Assembly (NCBI GenBank): GCA_964234715.1
Contig: OZ174280.1
Length of the DNA stretch: 64,000 bases
Source of the DNA: Podarcis melisellensis
Lineage: Eukaryota
Reading direction: 5' to 3' (one strand)
How positions within the stretch are numbered: the stretch's first letter is position 1; each line of letters starts with the position of its first letter. Shown one piece after another: positions 49,350-60,728 of the stretch. A program made the position numbers and the translations under genes. The notes under the pieces were generated by a model that had not been told where the DNA came from, searched no databases, and worked only from the letters and a program-made list of their open reading frames with translations.

Positions 49350-50072
49350 AGATTATCTATAACCTCTGCTGCAACCACACTTGGAATACTGTGTACAGAT
49401 CTAGTTGCCACAACTAAAAAATGGTAACTGGATAGCTGGAAAAGGTGCAGAAAAGGGCAACCAAAATAATTAAGGGCCTTTCCTAGGCAGAAACATTTGG
49501 AGCTGCTTTAGAAGAAGGCAAATAAGGAGGAGTATTAATTGAAATTTCTGACCTTGTGCCTCATGTGGAAGTACTGTTTTCCACATGAAGCATAATTTTA
49601 TAAATTTCCCTTANNNNNNNNNNNNNNNNNNNNNNNNNNNNNNNNNNNNNNNNNNNNNNNNNNNNNNNNNNNNNNNNNNNNNNNNNNNNNNNNNNNNNNN
49701 NNNNNNNNNNNNNNNNNNNNNNNNNNNNNNNNNNNNNNNNNNNATCTAATGATTGCGATTGGTGGAAGATTCAGGACAGAGAAAAGGAAGTAGTTTTTCA
49801 TTCAGCACACAATAAAATTCTGGAATTTACTACCGCAAAATGTAATTAACAGCCACCAACTTGCGTGGCTTTAAGAGGAAATTAGGCAAATTCATGGGGG
49901 ATATCCTTATTAGTCAAGTTGACGGAGTGCTTCCTCCAGAATCAGAGTCAGCAGAGTTTAGGATACCAGCCCACGGGAAACAACAGATGGAGAAGGGTTT
50001 TGGGCATCTGGTTGGCCACTGTGGGAAGCAGAATGCTGGTCTGGATAGCCCTTTGATCTGAGTCAGCAGGGC
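49350..50072 (+). mobile_element. CR1 LINE 3' region (spans N gap 49614-49743)
   Basis: PHLEYCVQ...LEKVQKRATKIIKG; RFRTEKRK.FF...KFWNLLPQ...GFKRKLGKFM; CR1-type 3' UTR. Confidence 0.8.
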
Positions 50073-50148
50073 CCTTTGTCCTGCAGTTGCAAAGGCAATA
50101 TGCTCAGTACAACACAGAGTGCACTGAAACTATGAGATATTCAAGGTA

Positions 50149-50390
50149 CAGTGGTACCTTGGGTTAAGAACTTAATTCGTTTTGTAGGTCTGTTCTTAAC
50201 CCGAAACTGTTCTTAACCTGAGGTACCACTTTAGCTAATGGAGCCTCCCGCTTCTGGAGCCTCCCGCTGCTGCCGCGTCACCGACGCACGATTTCTGTTC
50301 TCATCCTGAAGCAAAGTTCTTAACCTGAGGTACTATTTCTGGGTGAGCGGAGCCTGTAACCTGAAGCGTCTGTAACCCGAAGTACCACTG
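50149..50390. mobile_element. Tigger/pogo-like MITE, same family as 47017-47224
   Basis: TA-CAGTGGTACCTTGGGTTA...TAACCCGAAGTACCACTG-TA. Internal tggagcctcccgct duplication. Confidence 0.88.
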
Positions 50391-50486
50391 TATATGACAT
50401 CTTTGCCCAAGTGGACTTTCAGGGTTAAAGTGTGCATGTGAAAGAGAGATTTGACCCAGGATAAGAGACTCGCAGACATCTTTCTT

Positions 50487-50489
<3 letters not shown>

Positions 50490-50545
<56 letters not shown>
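50490..50545. repeat. (CT)n microsatellite
   Basis: TC run of about 27 units, about 80 nt upstream of exon 21. Confidence 0.95.
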
Positions 50546-50549
<4 letters not shown>

Positions 50550-50627
50550 GATATTTAGAAATAAATGTGATTCTAATAAGCATTGTCTCGTTTGTTTGTT
50601 TGTTTGTTCTTTCTTTCCTTCCTGAAG

Positions 50628-50714
50628 AATGGAGCAGAACGAATGTGAATGTCCTTGCGAGTGCCCCCTAGAGGTTAATGAGTGTACTGGCAACCTTACC
50701 AACGCAGAAAGCAG
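50628..50714 (+). CDS. CACHD1: CACHD1 exon 21 (Cys-rich)
   Basis: tgaag|A acceptor, AG|gtaac donor, 87 nt. MEQNECECPCECPLEVNECTGNLTNAES. Confidence 0.96.
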
Positions 50715-50855
50715 GTAACTAGCACAATAATGATTTCTTTCGGTGGGTTATATTTGCTGATAGGTGCACAGCGTACTATACGTTCTAAATCAGGGTACAT
50801 TTTCTCATAACTCTTAGTAACTGATTTCCCCCCCTGTGCTTTTCCCAAACTTTAG

Positions 50856-50972
50856 AAATCCAAGTTGTGAAGTCCATCAAGAACCTATGACATTTATTGC
50901 AGTTGATCCCAGTCTACAAGATGCTCTTCCTCAATGTATTAATACACGGTGCAATCAAAGGATGGAGAGCAG
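50856..50972 (+). CDS. CACHD1: CACHD1 exon 22
   Basis: tttag|A acceptor, AG|gtgaa donor, 117 nt. NPSCEVHQEPMTFIAVDPSLQDALPQCINTRCNQRMES. Confidence 0.95.
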
Positions 50973-51292
50973 GTGAAGTTCGTGGGTTTTCCATACACAC
51001 ACACAAGAACGAGTGAATCTAAAATAAAACACCTGTAGTGTGGTAACAGCAAACCATGATTGAATTTTATAGTGGGCCTTGTCACAAAACTGTCCTTGAC
51101 TTAAAATCAGCGACACTGGGAAATGAGGGGAGGTGGCCTTATACAAGCTTAGCGCAAAATGGTCTTGCTTCACTTTTAAGGAAAATTACGCCTTTAACTT
51201 TGGGGGGTGGAGAACAGTTTCAGTAGTATGTTTTCTGAGATTTGGGACAGCAGAGTTCTAATAATCCTCCCTGCCATTTCCTTGTCTTCCAG

Positions 51293-51444
51293 GGATTGCT
51301 TTGGTGTCTTGGACTGTGAGTGGTGCATGGTAGACAGCGATGGAAAGACCCATTTAGATAGATCCTACTGCGCTCCTCAGAAGGAATGCTTTGGTGGAAT
51401 TGTGGGTGCCAAAAGCCCTTACGTGGATGACATGGGAGCCATTG
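51293..51444 (+). CDS. CACHD1: CACHD1 exon 23
   Basis: ttccag|G acceptor, G|gtaag donor, 152 nt. DCFGVLDCEWCMVDSDGKTHLDRSYCAPQKECFGGIVGAKSPYVDDMGAI. Confidence 0.96.
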
Positions 51445-52505
51445 GTAAGGATGGTCATGGTGGACAAACATCAATGTATTTAATGTATTCACATCTGTCA
51501 TAAAGTCAAACCTGGACAGATGGTACAAGTCTCTTGGGACATCCTTGCGACAGAGTATCTTGGGGCTTTCCCCTGCATTAAAATACAGCATTTTCAGCCA
51601 TTGCACACTGTAAGATGAAGTGCCATTGTCGGCGTGTTTGTTGATCACATTGCTCCCTGGTACTCTGAGAAGCTGTGGTTGATGAAGCAGGCTGGGCAAT
51701 CACTGGGGTGCAAGTGGTGGAAATCTCTTTCCAAAGTGGACAAAGGATGTGTTTAGGACACATAATCACATGGCAGTGAAGGCAGGAAACAACCCATACT
51801 GTATTGCAAGCATTGCATCCTCAAGGTGTCCGTTGGCAGAATTGTTTCATGTGGTCCAGAGACTCATTACCCCAGATTTAGGTGATGGATCCCTGGAGTG
51901 CATGGTGACTACCTGTGAGCAGCTTGCCAGACACTTTGAGGACAACGTTGTTGACAAAGCCCTGCACAATTGGGCCCAGGATACCCTGAAAAGCCACCTG
52001 AAACTTTTTATGTATGATCACAGAGCTCATCCAAAGGAGAGCTGTTAGTGGCTCCCCATGTTATAGAGACCAACTTGGCCTCAACGATAATTTGGACATT
52101 TAGTGTCTTATACAGTGGAACACTCTTGAAGCAGAGATTTGGCAAGCATCCTCACTTGACTTCCAGGCATCTTTTTTGTGCTGATGGGCCTTTGCACCTA
52201 TTTATTTTTGATTGGTCAGTCACCTGGATGAATATCTGTATTATTTTTTTACATATTTAAAATGATGCTTTATGATTTATACTATACAACGCCTTGATAC
52301 ATCTTATGATATGGCAGTATGGAAATATTTTAAGAAAAAAAAATCAAACAAATGTGAACAGGGAATTTTGCATTCATTCGTACCAATCTTCCAGCATATC
52401 GCTCTTGTGTGCGTGTTACCTAGAATAGTCAACAGATTTGTATTCTTACAGTGTGTCCCTTTAAAGGCTGATACATTTTAATTTTGGGAGTTTGTGCAAT
52501 CAGTA

Positions 52506-52755
52506 CAGTCGTACCTTGGAAGTCAAACAGAAGCTTTTCCGGAAGTACGTTTGACTTCCAGAACGTTTGACTTCCAAGGCGCAGCTTCCCATTGGCTGCA
52601 GGAGCTTCCTGCAGCCAATTGGAGGCCACAGAAGCCCCGCGGATGTCCGGCTTCCAAAAGAACATTCGCAAACTGGAACACTCACTTCCGAGTTTGCGGC
52701 GTTCGGGAGCCAAAACGTCTGACTGCTAATGCATTCGTCAACCAAGGTACGACTG
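52506..52755. mobile_element. Tigger/pogo-like MITE
   Basis: Perfect 14-bp TIRs CAGTCGTACCTTGG / CCAAGGTACGACTG, TA TSD, internal hairpin attggctgcagga..tcctgcagccaat. Confidence 0.9.
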
Positions 52756-52876
52756 TATTATACAGTAATTGTTGTGACTTTCTCTTTTGCTTCTAATTTA
52801 CGATTCGGGTGGTTTGAACTTTTTGCAAAGCATTTACATAAGCTTTATTTTCCCTCTCTCCCCCTCTGAAATAAAG

Positions 52877-53038
52877 GAGACGAGGTGATAGCTTTAAATA
52901 TGATTAAAAGTGCTCCAGTTGGTCCTGTTGCTGGAGGTATTATGGGATGCATAATGGTGCTAGTTCTGGCAGTCTATGCCTATCGTCATCAGATTCACCG
53001 CAGAAGCCACCAGCACATGTCCCCACTTGCAGCACAAG
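52877..53038 (+). CDS. CACHD1: CACHD1 exon 24 (transmembrane helix)
   Basis: taaag|GA acceptor, G|gtaag donor, 162 nt. DEVIALNMIKSAPVGPVAGGIMGCIMVLVLAVYAYRHQIHRRSHQHMSPLAAQ. Confidence 0.96.
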
Positions 53039-54213
53039 GTAAGAACTTTTTAAAAACAAAAACACCACTATTTTGTGGAGGGTGGGGGTTGCAGAGAGTA
53101 TGCAAATTGTTCAGAGAGTTTCTGGCCACAACAGCTGAAACAACTTACTTTGAGGGTTGCCCTAGCACTTTTCTGATAATCCAAGGTTTATTGTAATCAT
53201 GCGTCTCAGGATGTTCACTTCACATTATCTGCTGTGACATAGAATGGGCCCTGCTGCCCTCTGCTGGATGCAGAATTTAAAGCTGGACTGTTCTAGCTAA
53301 AAACATAGCAACACACCTCTTTCTAGGCTCTTGAAAATACAATTTCTCATCTTAGAGTTTAGGATTCTACATTCCCCTCTAGACTCCTGACCGTTACAGA
53401 TGTGAATGATTTCAGCATAAATATGTGTGCGTTATGTTGTCTCCTGCTTCCGAAGTTCTTTTTTCCTAGAGGTTTTCTTCTATTCCAACTGAACAGAAGA
53501 TGACATATACCAGAAACACAAATGAGAAAGGGTATCCGGTATTAGGGAATTTCTCTTTATGAAATGAAAAAACAAGCGCATTATTCCTCATTTTATTATG
53601 CCGTTTCCTAAAATTAAACTAAATAGTGTGCCCCGTGAACGTTGACAGCCAGTGTGCTAGTCCTGGACAAGCAGTCACAGGAATTAAGAAACAGTCACCA
53701 TTCAATAAAAAACTTAAGAGCATAACCAGAGCCTTCTGAACATAGACTGTAGGAAGCCCATTATCTGACAAGTATGAACAGTTGTTATGCTAGCACACTC
53801 ACAACTGACCAAATGAGCATGATAAGCAATATATTTTTTAGGGGCGCTGTTGAAAAATTTGAGTTTCATGATAGCAATTTTAATAGGCAACTGCTTCAGT
53901 AGTAATTAAGTCAAAATAAGTCACCCATAGTTTGTGACTAACTGTTGTTGAAGTGGCTCAAGAAAGGGAAGCAAGAGGTTAGCAAGTTTGCACCCTTGTT
54001 TTCAATATTGGTACGTACCCTTTTGGTACTTTCTGTCCCTAGTTTTAACCAAAATATTAAAATGGTTGGCTGTGAGGCTTCTGGACCTCAGATCTCTTGT
54101 TCTCAGGAAAAAAGGGGCATCTCACAGCCATTTCCAAAGCTGGGCACTTTTGCAGGCTAATGCAACATCTTCACCCTTAACAGTTGCAATTCTGTGTTTG
54201 TAATGGTGTGTAG

Positions 54214-54291
54214 AAATGTCAGTCCGCATGTCCAACCTGGAGAATGAGAGGGACGAGAGGGATGACGACAGTCACGAAGACAGAGGAATCA
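54214..54291 (+). CDS. CACHD1: CACHD1 exon 25 (cytoplasmic)
   Basis: tgtag|AA acceptor, A|gtaag donor, 78 nt. MSVRMSNLENERDERDDDSHEDRGI. Confidence 0.95.
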
Positions 54292-55282
54292 GTAAGTATG
54301 AAGCAGTCACACTGTTGTTGCAGGTGGGGAAGACTATGGGATGAGGCTCGGTGCTGTTTCTTCTGCACGCCTTTCCAACACGTAGCATTTATCACCATCA
54401 GGATGACAAAAGTGCCTTACGGTTTTGGGTCCCAATCATTCTCGTATCAACCCTGCAAGTGACACTGCAGTATTTGCCTGCTTACAGACTGGAGGCAACA
54501 GTAGAAAATTATTGACTTGCCCTAAAGCCACCCACTGGCTGAACAGTGATTTGAAGCTGGGCCAACATTCTGTTCATTGTATCACTCCACCTCCTGCCTC
54601 CTTACATTCTTTCAAAGTTCTTACACAATCTGGCAAATATAAATGCAGCCCTTAGTTCAAACAGCTCATGAACCGCAGTTGATCTTAACTTGCTGATTTC
54701 TGTGCCCTCACTGACGGTATGCTAGACGCCAAGAATCTAAATTAGACTTGCTAGCTTTCAAGGAGCCTGAAACATAGATATAAATGTAGCAGACTGAATC
54801 ACAGCTATTATTCTACAGGTTCCTGTGGTTGCCTTGCCAGGTTTTAGCTGCCACTGGTATTTTTTGCAGCGAACGCTGTAACTTAAGGTGCCTTAAAGAC
54901 AGGTGTGGGTATAATTTGCTTCCAGATTTGTCATGAAGCACACACAGTGCTGACCTTGCGACAGAAAACCAGCAGCTACTCTCCTTGTTGTGAGATTCAG
55001 AAATTTGATCAATGTGCCGTCATCCCTCCACACAGTTTTAACCCTCATGTTTTCAGACGAAGGCTGAAGATGGCTCCTATTATGAATTCCACTGGGCATA
55101 TAAAGTACAACAATAGATTTTTAAAAGGGAGGGGAGAGTTTGGTCAATATTGGAATTCCACAGCAACCTTATAATGATCTCTTTCATAAAATCTTTTCTA
55201 AACGGATGCTTTATTTGAGAATGTGTGCTCAGTGTAAACTTTTTTCTCCCTCCTCCCCCCTTCTTATTCGGCTCACTTCTAG

Positions 55283-55384
55283 TCAGCAACACCCGGTTTA
55301 TAGCAGCAGTTATTGAGCGCCATGCGCACAGCCCAGAACGTAGACGCCGCTACTGGGGACGCTCAGGAACAGAGAGCGATCATG
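55283..55384 (+). CDS. CACHD1: CACHD1 exon 26
   Basis: tctag|TC acceptor, G|gtaag donor, 102 nt. SNTRFIAAVIERHAHSPERRRRYWGRSGTESDH. Confidence 0.96.
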
Positions 55385-57033
55385 GTAAGACTTTGGAAGT
55401 TGCTGACGTCTGTATTATGCGCTCATCTTACTTCTGCCTCTTGGCAGCATTGCGGACAAATCATCAAACAGATCGTTCCCAACGCCGCTCCTCGTTTCTT
55501 CCATACTTGAAAACAATTTTGACACTTTCCCATTCCAGGGCAAGACTTTATCCAGCGACGGAAGCTATTTTTGTCAGGGTGATCTTCCAACACGAATCCT
55601 TTAGCTTAAGTCTGTGCTCAGTATCTTAATCATATGGATAGCACCAGCATTATTACATAACCTCTCAGCATTCCAAGAGGCGCAGGACACCACTAATCTC
55701 ACACTCCCTCCCCCTTTCGCCTCCTGCTAGTCCTGACGTCTTTTGAATTCTCCAGAAAAGAGGAGAAACTCTTCATTCCTTTGTGTCGTTTGAAATGAAC
55801 TGCACAAGTTTTATAAAAACAGCCTTTAATTTCTAGCAACATGGGCTTCCTGGTTGCTGGGTTAAATTAAGCTTGTGTTAGGTTTTTGTTAAAAAAAAAG
55901 TTGAATGCTGTCTTGGCTTCCTGCTGTGCATTATATTTGAGCAAAGAACATGCGACACACAAGAAAATATATTGATTCTATACAACCATATATGGCTATA
56001 GGTAGGGAAGATGTTTATTCTGATAGCATTTGGGTTTTCTAGCATTCCCTTTGTTGCTGGGCTATGGGTTTTGCCACATAATTGACCTATGAGAAATAGC
56101 TAGCAAGAGTGAGCAGCTGTTTCTAAGTCTTCAAACCTGTATCAAGTTGATGAGTCCACTAAGAGGATTAATAGAAGTTTAGCGAGTGTTTCTGCCAGCG
56201 TTGTCAGCTGTATCTTCGTGTCACTTTTACTATAAATACGGATATGTTATGTTGCTAAATGTGGGGACAGGGAGAGGACTGTGTTTGTATTTTATTTCTT
56301 GGAGTCCTTGGATGTTTCTAGATGACAACATTTCCATGCGGTACATGAAATGAAGAGATGATTAAGACTCAGAATACTCATCTCAGAACACACAAGAGGC
56401 ACTTGCTTATTTGATTGTGTTCCTCCAACTATAATCTGTATCTACCTGGAAAGTATGTGTTTCAGGAAGAAGTCTAACCTAAAAAGGGAAACCAGTAAAT
56501 GAAGGTGGTACACTCATGGGGAAAGACTGTATCACATGAGTGCTAGCACTTTTCACTTACCTCCAAAGTTACCCACCACCAAGCAAGGGTAAAGATATCA
56601 TCTATCTCTGTGCTTGCAACAATATACTGTTGCTAGGTATTTGAATCCATATGCCTCTTCAGTGCTTGCGGGTTGAAGGCAAAAAGTGGTAAATAATGAC
56701 AGTGGCAATAATAGTCTGGTAAAAGAATGTGGCACATTTTATCAGTGCCTGGTGGACAAAATCAGATTTGAAAATTTGAAAGAGGAAACATGGCAATGTC
56801 ACGCTAAAAGACAGACATGTTTTTAGCACATTTTTTAAAATATAGAACATGTTCAGTAAAGGGAAAGGGGGGGAAATGTAAACCTGTGTTGTATATTTGA
56901 CATCCTATAGGAGGTATAATGCTAGTCCCCTGTGTGTATTCTGAGGCAATACAGGTATTTGAGAGGACTATACTGCATGAGTGTTTCCATATTACAGTGG
57001 GTTCAGTTGGTTACAGGTACGCAGCCAGACCCT

Positions 57034-57330
57034 GAGTTACAGGTATACATACACATAAGGTGTTGAGGGTGATGGGAAACAATGAAGTCAGAAGGAAATG
57101 AAACACAGAAAGTTCAGAGACAGTGATTATTACATCATGAATAGTGCTAAATCACAAAACAGTAGCTGTTGCTCAGACAGACTCCTTGTGTTATCACCAA
57201 CTACTGTTTTGTGAATGACCACTGTCAGTTATGAAACTATCGCTGTCCATGCACTTTCTGCCTTTCATTTTCCTCTGACCTCACCGTTTACAATTCCCGC
57301 CTCACACACATGTACACGTTCCTGTAATTC
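57034..57330. repeat. Long imperfect inverted repeat (foldback)
   Basis: Arms of about 145 bp, roughly 70% complementary, with core TCACAAAACAGTAG / CTACTGTTTTGTGA. Confidence 0.85.
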
Positions 57331-58276
57331 ACAATAAAACTTCATGCATCTAATGAAGTAGAGTGTACAAGCGGTTTGCCATGTGGGGTGGAGCCACTAC
57401 ACTAAATTCCTAGCAGATGGACCATTTCTGCATACTGGGAAGGAGAGAAGGAATGGCGAAGTGGCGGCGAGGTCACCACAGTGCAAATGCGCTGGCATGA
57501 GCACCAGATTAGCTCTGCTGGTGTGTTTGCACCATGCTGATCTCCCCATTTCCTCACCCCACCTCCTCCGTAAGCAAGAGCAACAGATTGGGAAAAGTAG
57601 CCTGGCAGCTATGACCCACCTGGCAAGCTGCTTTTGGACAGTAGTCCATAAATGCTTCTGCCATGATAAGTTTGTGAAATCTGCCACAATACTTTTGCTT
57701 TTTTTATTTAGGTGTATGCCCAAACGTGTATTTAAGTTTATCCCTAAAAATTCTGTGTGTTTAGTGTACCAGAAGCAACATAAAGTAGTCAAGGACCTTG
57801 AACAATAGCTTGTGACTTTGGGTGTGTCCAACTTGGGATGCCTCGTTTTATGACTGTAAACATGTCATCTGCGTTTCTCATCCTGCTTGCTGCTCTGAAA
57901 TGGATCCTTGGGGCATCTACATGGCAGACGTTCCCCTTTCTCCTGTTTCCTTTTAATCAGAGAGACTGGCACAAGATTAGAGAGTGTCCACCTTCCAGAC
58001 AGATCTCTGTAATTCCTTACTTCAGACAATTTATAGTGTCCACTAGCTCTTCTAAAGATAACTCCCCTTTAAAATGAGATGTGTTTCATAACCCAGTATG
58101 TGAAAAATGGTTCCAAAGAGGCATGCTGATATATTAAGGTGTCTGCTGTTTCATAACAAAAATACTAAATACGGGTTGGAGATTGTAGTATTGTGTTTGA
58201 AGGGGAGCAAGGCAGAATGAAGCAAGTCTAGAACAACTTGAGAGAGTGATATATTGAATAACAGTAAGTACAATCA

Positions 58277-58612
58277 TGGATGCAGGAGGCACTGTGGGTT
58301 AAATCACAGAACCTAGGACTTGCTGATCAGAAGGTCGGCGGTTCGAATCCCCGCGATGGGGTGAGCTCCCATTGCTCGGTCCCTGCTCCTGCCAACCTAG
58401 CAGTTCGAAAGCACATCATAAGTGCAAGTAGATAAATAGGTACCGCTCTGGCGGGAAGGTAAACGGCGTTTCCATGCACTGCTCTGGTTCGCCAGAAGTG
58501 GCTTAGTCATGCTGTACGCCGGCTCCCTCGGCCAATAAAGCGAGATGAGCGCCGCAACCCCAGAGTCGGCCACGACTGGACCTAATGGTCAGGGGTCCCC
58601 TTTACCTTTACC
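58277..58612 (+). mobile_element. Sauria SINE
   Basis: B box ggttcgaatcc, (ACCTTT)n tail, 12-bp TSD TAAGTACAATCA. Confidence 0.93.
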
Positions 58613-59147
58613 TAAGTACAATCACAAGCAGGAAGACACCCCCAGTCACCAAATGTTGCAAATAAACCTTGCCTTTCTTGCATTTATCACCCAAAATATT
58701 GATGCCATAAAACAGGGATGGGAAAATCTCAAGCTTGGTTGCCTGGTGCCACCCTACGGACCCCTCTATGTGGCCCTTGAGACTATCAGAAGCTGACAGT
58801 TTTGGAGGAAATATTTGCCTGATTGGCTTAACTAGAAACAGCTTTTTAAAAATAAATGAGTAAGCAGGCCATTTAGCAACACTTTTTGTGGCTTTGTGGT
58901 CATGGACTATTAGGAAGCAGGCAGAAGACCAGTTCATTCCAGTGAACTGTTACATGTTGAGTGTATTACTGTTTCTCACTGATTTTGGTAATAACAAAAA
59001 TATTTCACAGGGGAGTGCTGTATTCTGGGTGTATTAATCTGTTTTTGTTGTTGGTGATTTATGCAAAATGTCACACTGTCCAAGTTTATTTGTAAGATAC
59101 TGCACTCAGTTAAATTTTTCAGTACAAAATCTGAAGACTTCTAACAA

Positions 59148-59241
59148 GTAGCCACTGTGATCCACGCGACGGTCACCTCCATACTGGATTATTGTAACTC
59201 CTCGGCTGGGGAGGGCGGGATATAAATAAAATTTATTATTA
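59148..59241 (+). mobile_element. L2 fragment fused to L2-type tail
   Basis: VATVIHATVTSILDYCNS directly followed by ggggagggcgggatataaataaaatttattatt. Confidence 0.7.
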
Positions 59242-60224
59242 TATGTTGCACCTTCTTTGCCTAATACTATTATTTTAAAAAATTGTACTGTTATTAAAAA
59301 CTATTTATTGCCTGTTCACATATTTACAGAGTATGTGTACATTTCCATATATTTTTGGGTGGCAATGTTATTTGACATTGCTCACCCACTTCTTCTCTAC
59401 CCCCCTATCATCTTTAGGGCTTTTCTCTCTCTCTTTGTAGCGGACTTCAAAAGCTCACTTAAGGGCAGCCAGACAAATTAGCTGAAATATCCCCTCAAAC
59501 TGTGGATTTTAATGGTGCTGGTTCCAATCAATGTTGCCAGTAACTGAAAGGCAGATAAATGCCCCAAAGCATCAGTGCAGATAAAAGGAAACACAAATGA
59601 GATCCCATAGGGGATCTTAAATTGTTATTTATTTTGGTTTTGTTTTCTTAGAGATAATGCCATTGTGTCTGAGTTACGGTATTGAACAAATTGCATTTGC
59701 TCAGGCAACGATGGGTCTTCTATCCAAAGAGAGATTCAGTACATCATACTGGCTCCAAACAGGTTCCTTGTATTGCTGTACTGTAGCTCTGGGCATGTTT
59801 TCATTTACTTCATTGCAAATGGTTAAGTACAAAAGATAAATGGAGTAGCCATGTTAGGGAGATATTTAAGATTACTGGACTTGTGATGGCTGTTTTCCCT
59901 CCTTCCTTTTATGGTGACATCTGACTAGTTTAGGTCCACACTTCTGTAGAGCAACTGTCTAGGAGTCCACTCTGAGGTAACTTATGTTGACATACAAAAC
60001 TGGCAGGTTCTGCTCAGGCTGAAGACCGATTTGATTTGTCATGGATACTTCCCCAAACATACATGAGTGTGGTCTGTTGACCTCCTTGGACAAAGAAGTT
60101 AAAGCAGTATAATTATAAAGTTGCCTTTTTGAATGAATATTTGAATCATGTATTAAAACCAGGAATTTCAGTGCAAGGCTTTATAGAGGCAAAAACCTGG
60201 GAGAGTATGGAGGAAAGCAAACAA

Positions 60225-60360
60225 GGGGATTATTGGGTTGTTTTTGTTTTATTTTGATTATGTATTTTGTGTTCTTATATGGAGATTTGTATCTTGTGAG
60301 CCGCCCTGAGACCTGTGGGTACAGGGAGACATACAAATTTAACAAATAATAAATAACAAC
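60225..60360 (+). mobile_element. L2 3' tail
   Basis: tgtgagccgccctgagacc...aggg...atacaaatttaacaaataataaataa. Confidence 0.6.
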
Positions 60361-60489
60361 ACCCAAGCGGCATTTAGGATTGCTGCATTTTGGGTGCATT
60401 ATTTTAGTGGTGTACATTTCTGAGTTTGTTGTTGTTGTTTGCCTATATACAGTCATCGCTTCTTACCAATATGGCTTTATATTTTCCAG

Positions 60490-60728
60490 GCTACAGTACT
60501 ATGAGTCCTCAGGAAGACAGTGAAAACCCTCCCTGCAATAACGACCCATTGTCAGCTGGTGTAGACGTGGGAAATCATGATGAAGATTTAGACCTGGATA
60601 CCCCTCCTCAGACTGCTGCCCTCTTGAGTCACAAGTTCCACCACTACAGGTTGCATCACCCAGCACTTCATCACAGTCACCACTTACAGGCTGCGGTCAC
60701 AGTACATACTGTAGATGCGGAATGCTAA
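60490..60728 (+). CDS. CACHD1: CACHD1 last coding exon (27), ends ...HHSHHLQAAVTVHTVDAEC*
   Basis: ttccag|GC acceptor, TAA at 60726-60728, 239 coding nt. YSTM motif and His-rich tail. Confidence 0.97.

Noticed and set aside
50301-50702. Antisense ORF with ERERER repeat (and HTHT/CVCV ORFs at 36460 and 48429)
   Set aside because: Translations of dinucleotide microsatellites.
57383-57831. Overlapping 141- and 144-aa ORFs on both strands
   Set aside because: No homology I recognise and no splice context. Likely chance or repeat-derived.
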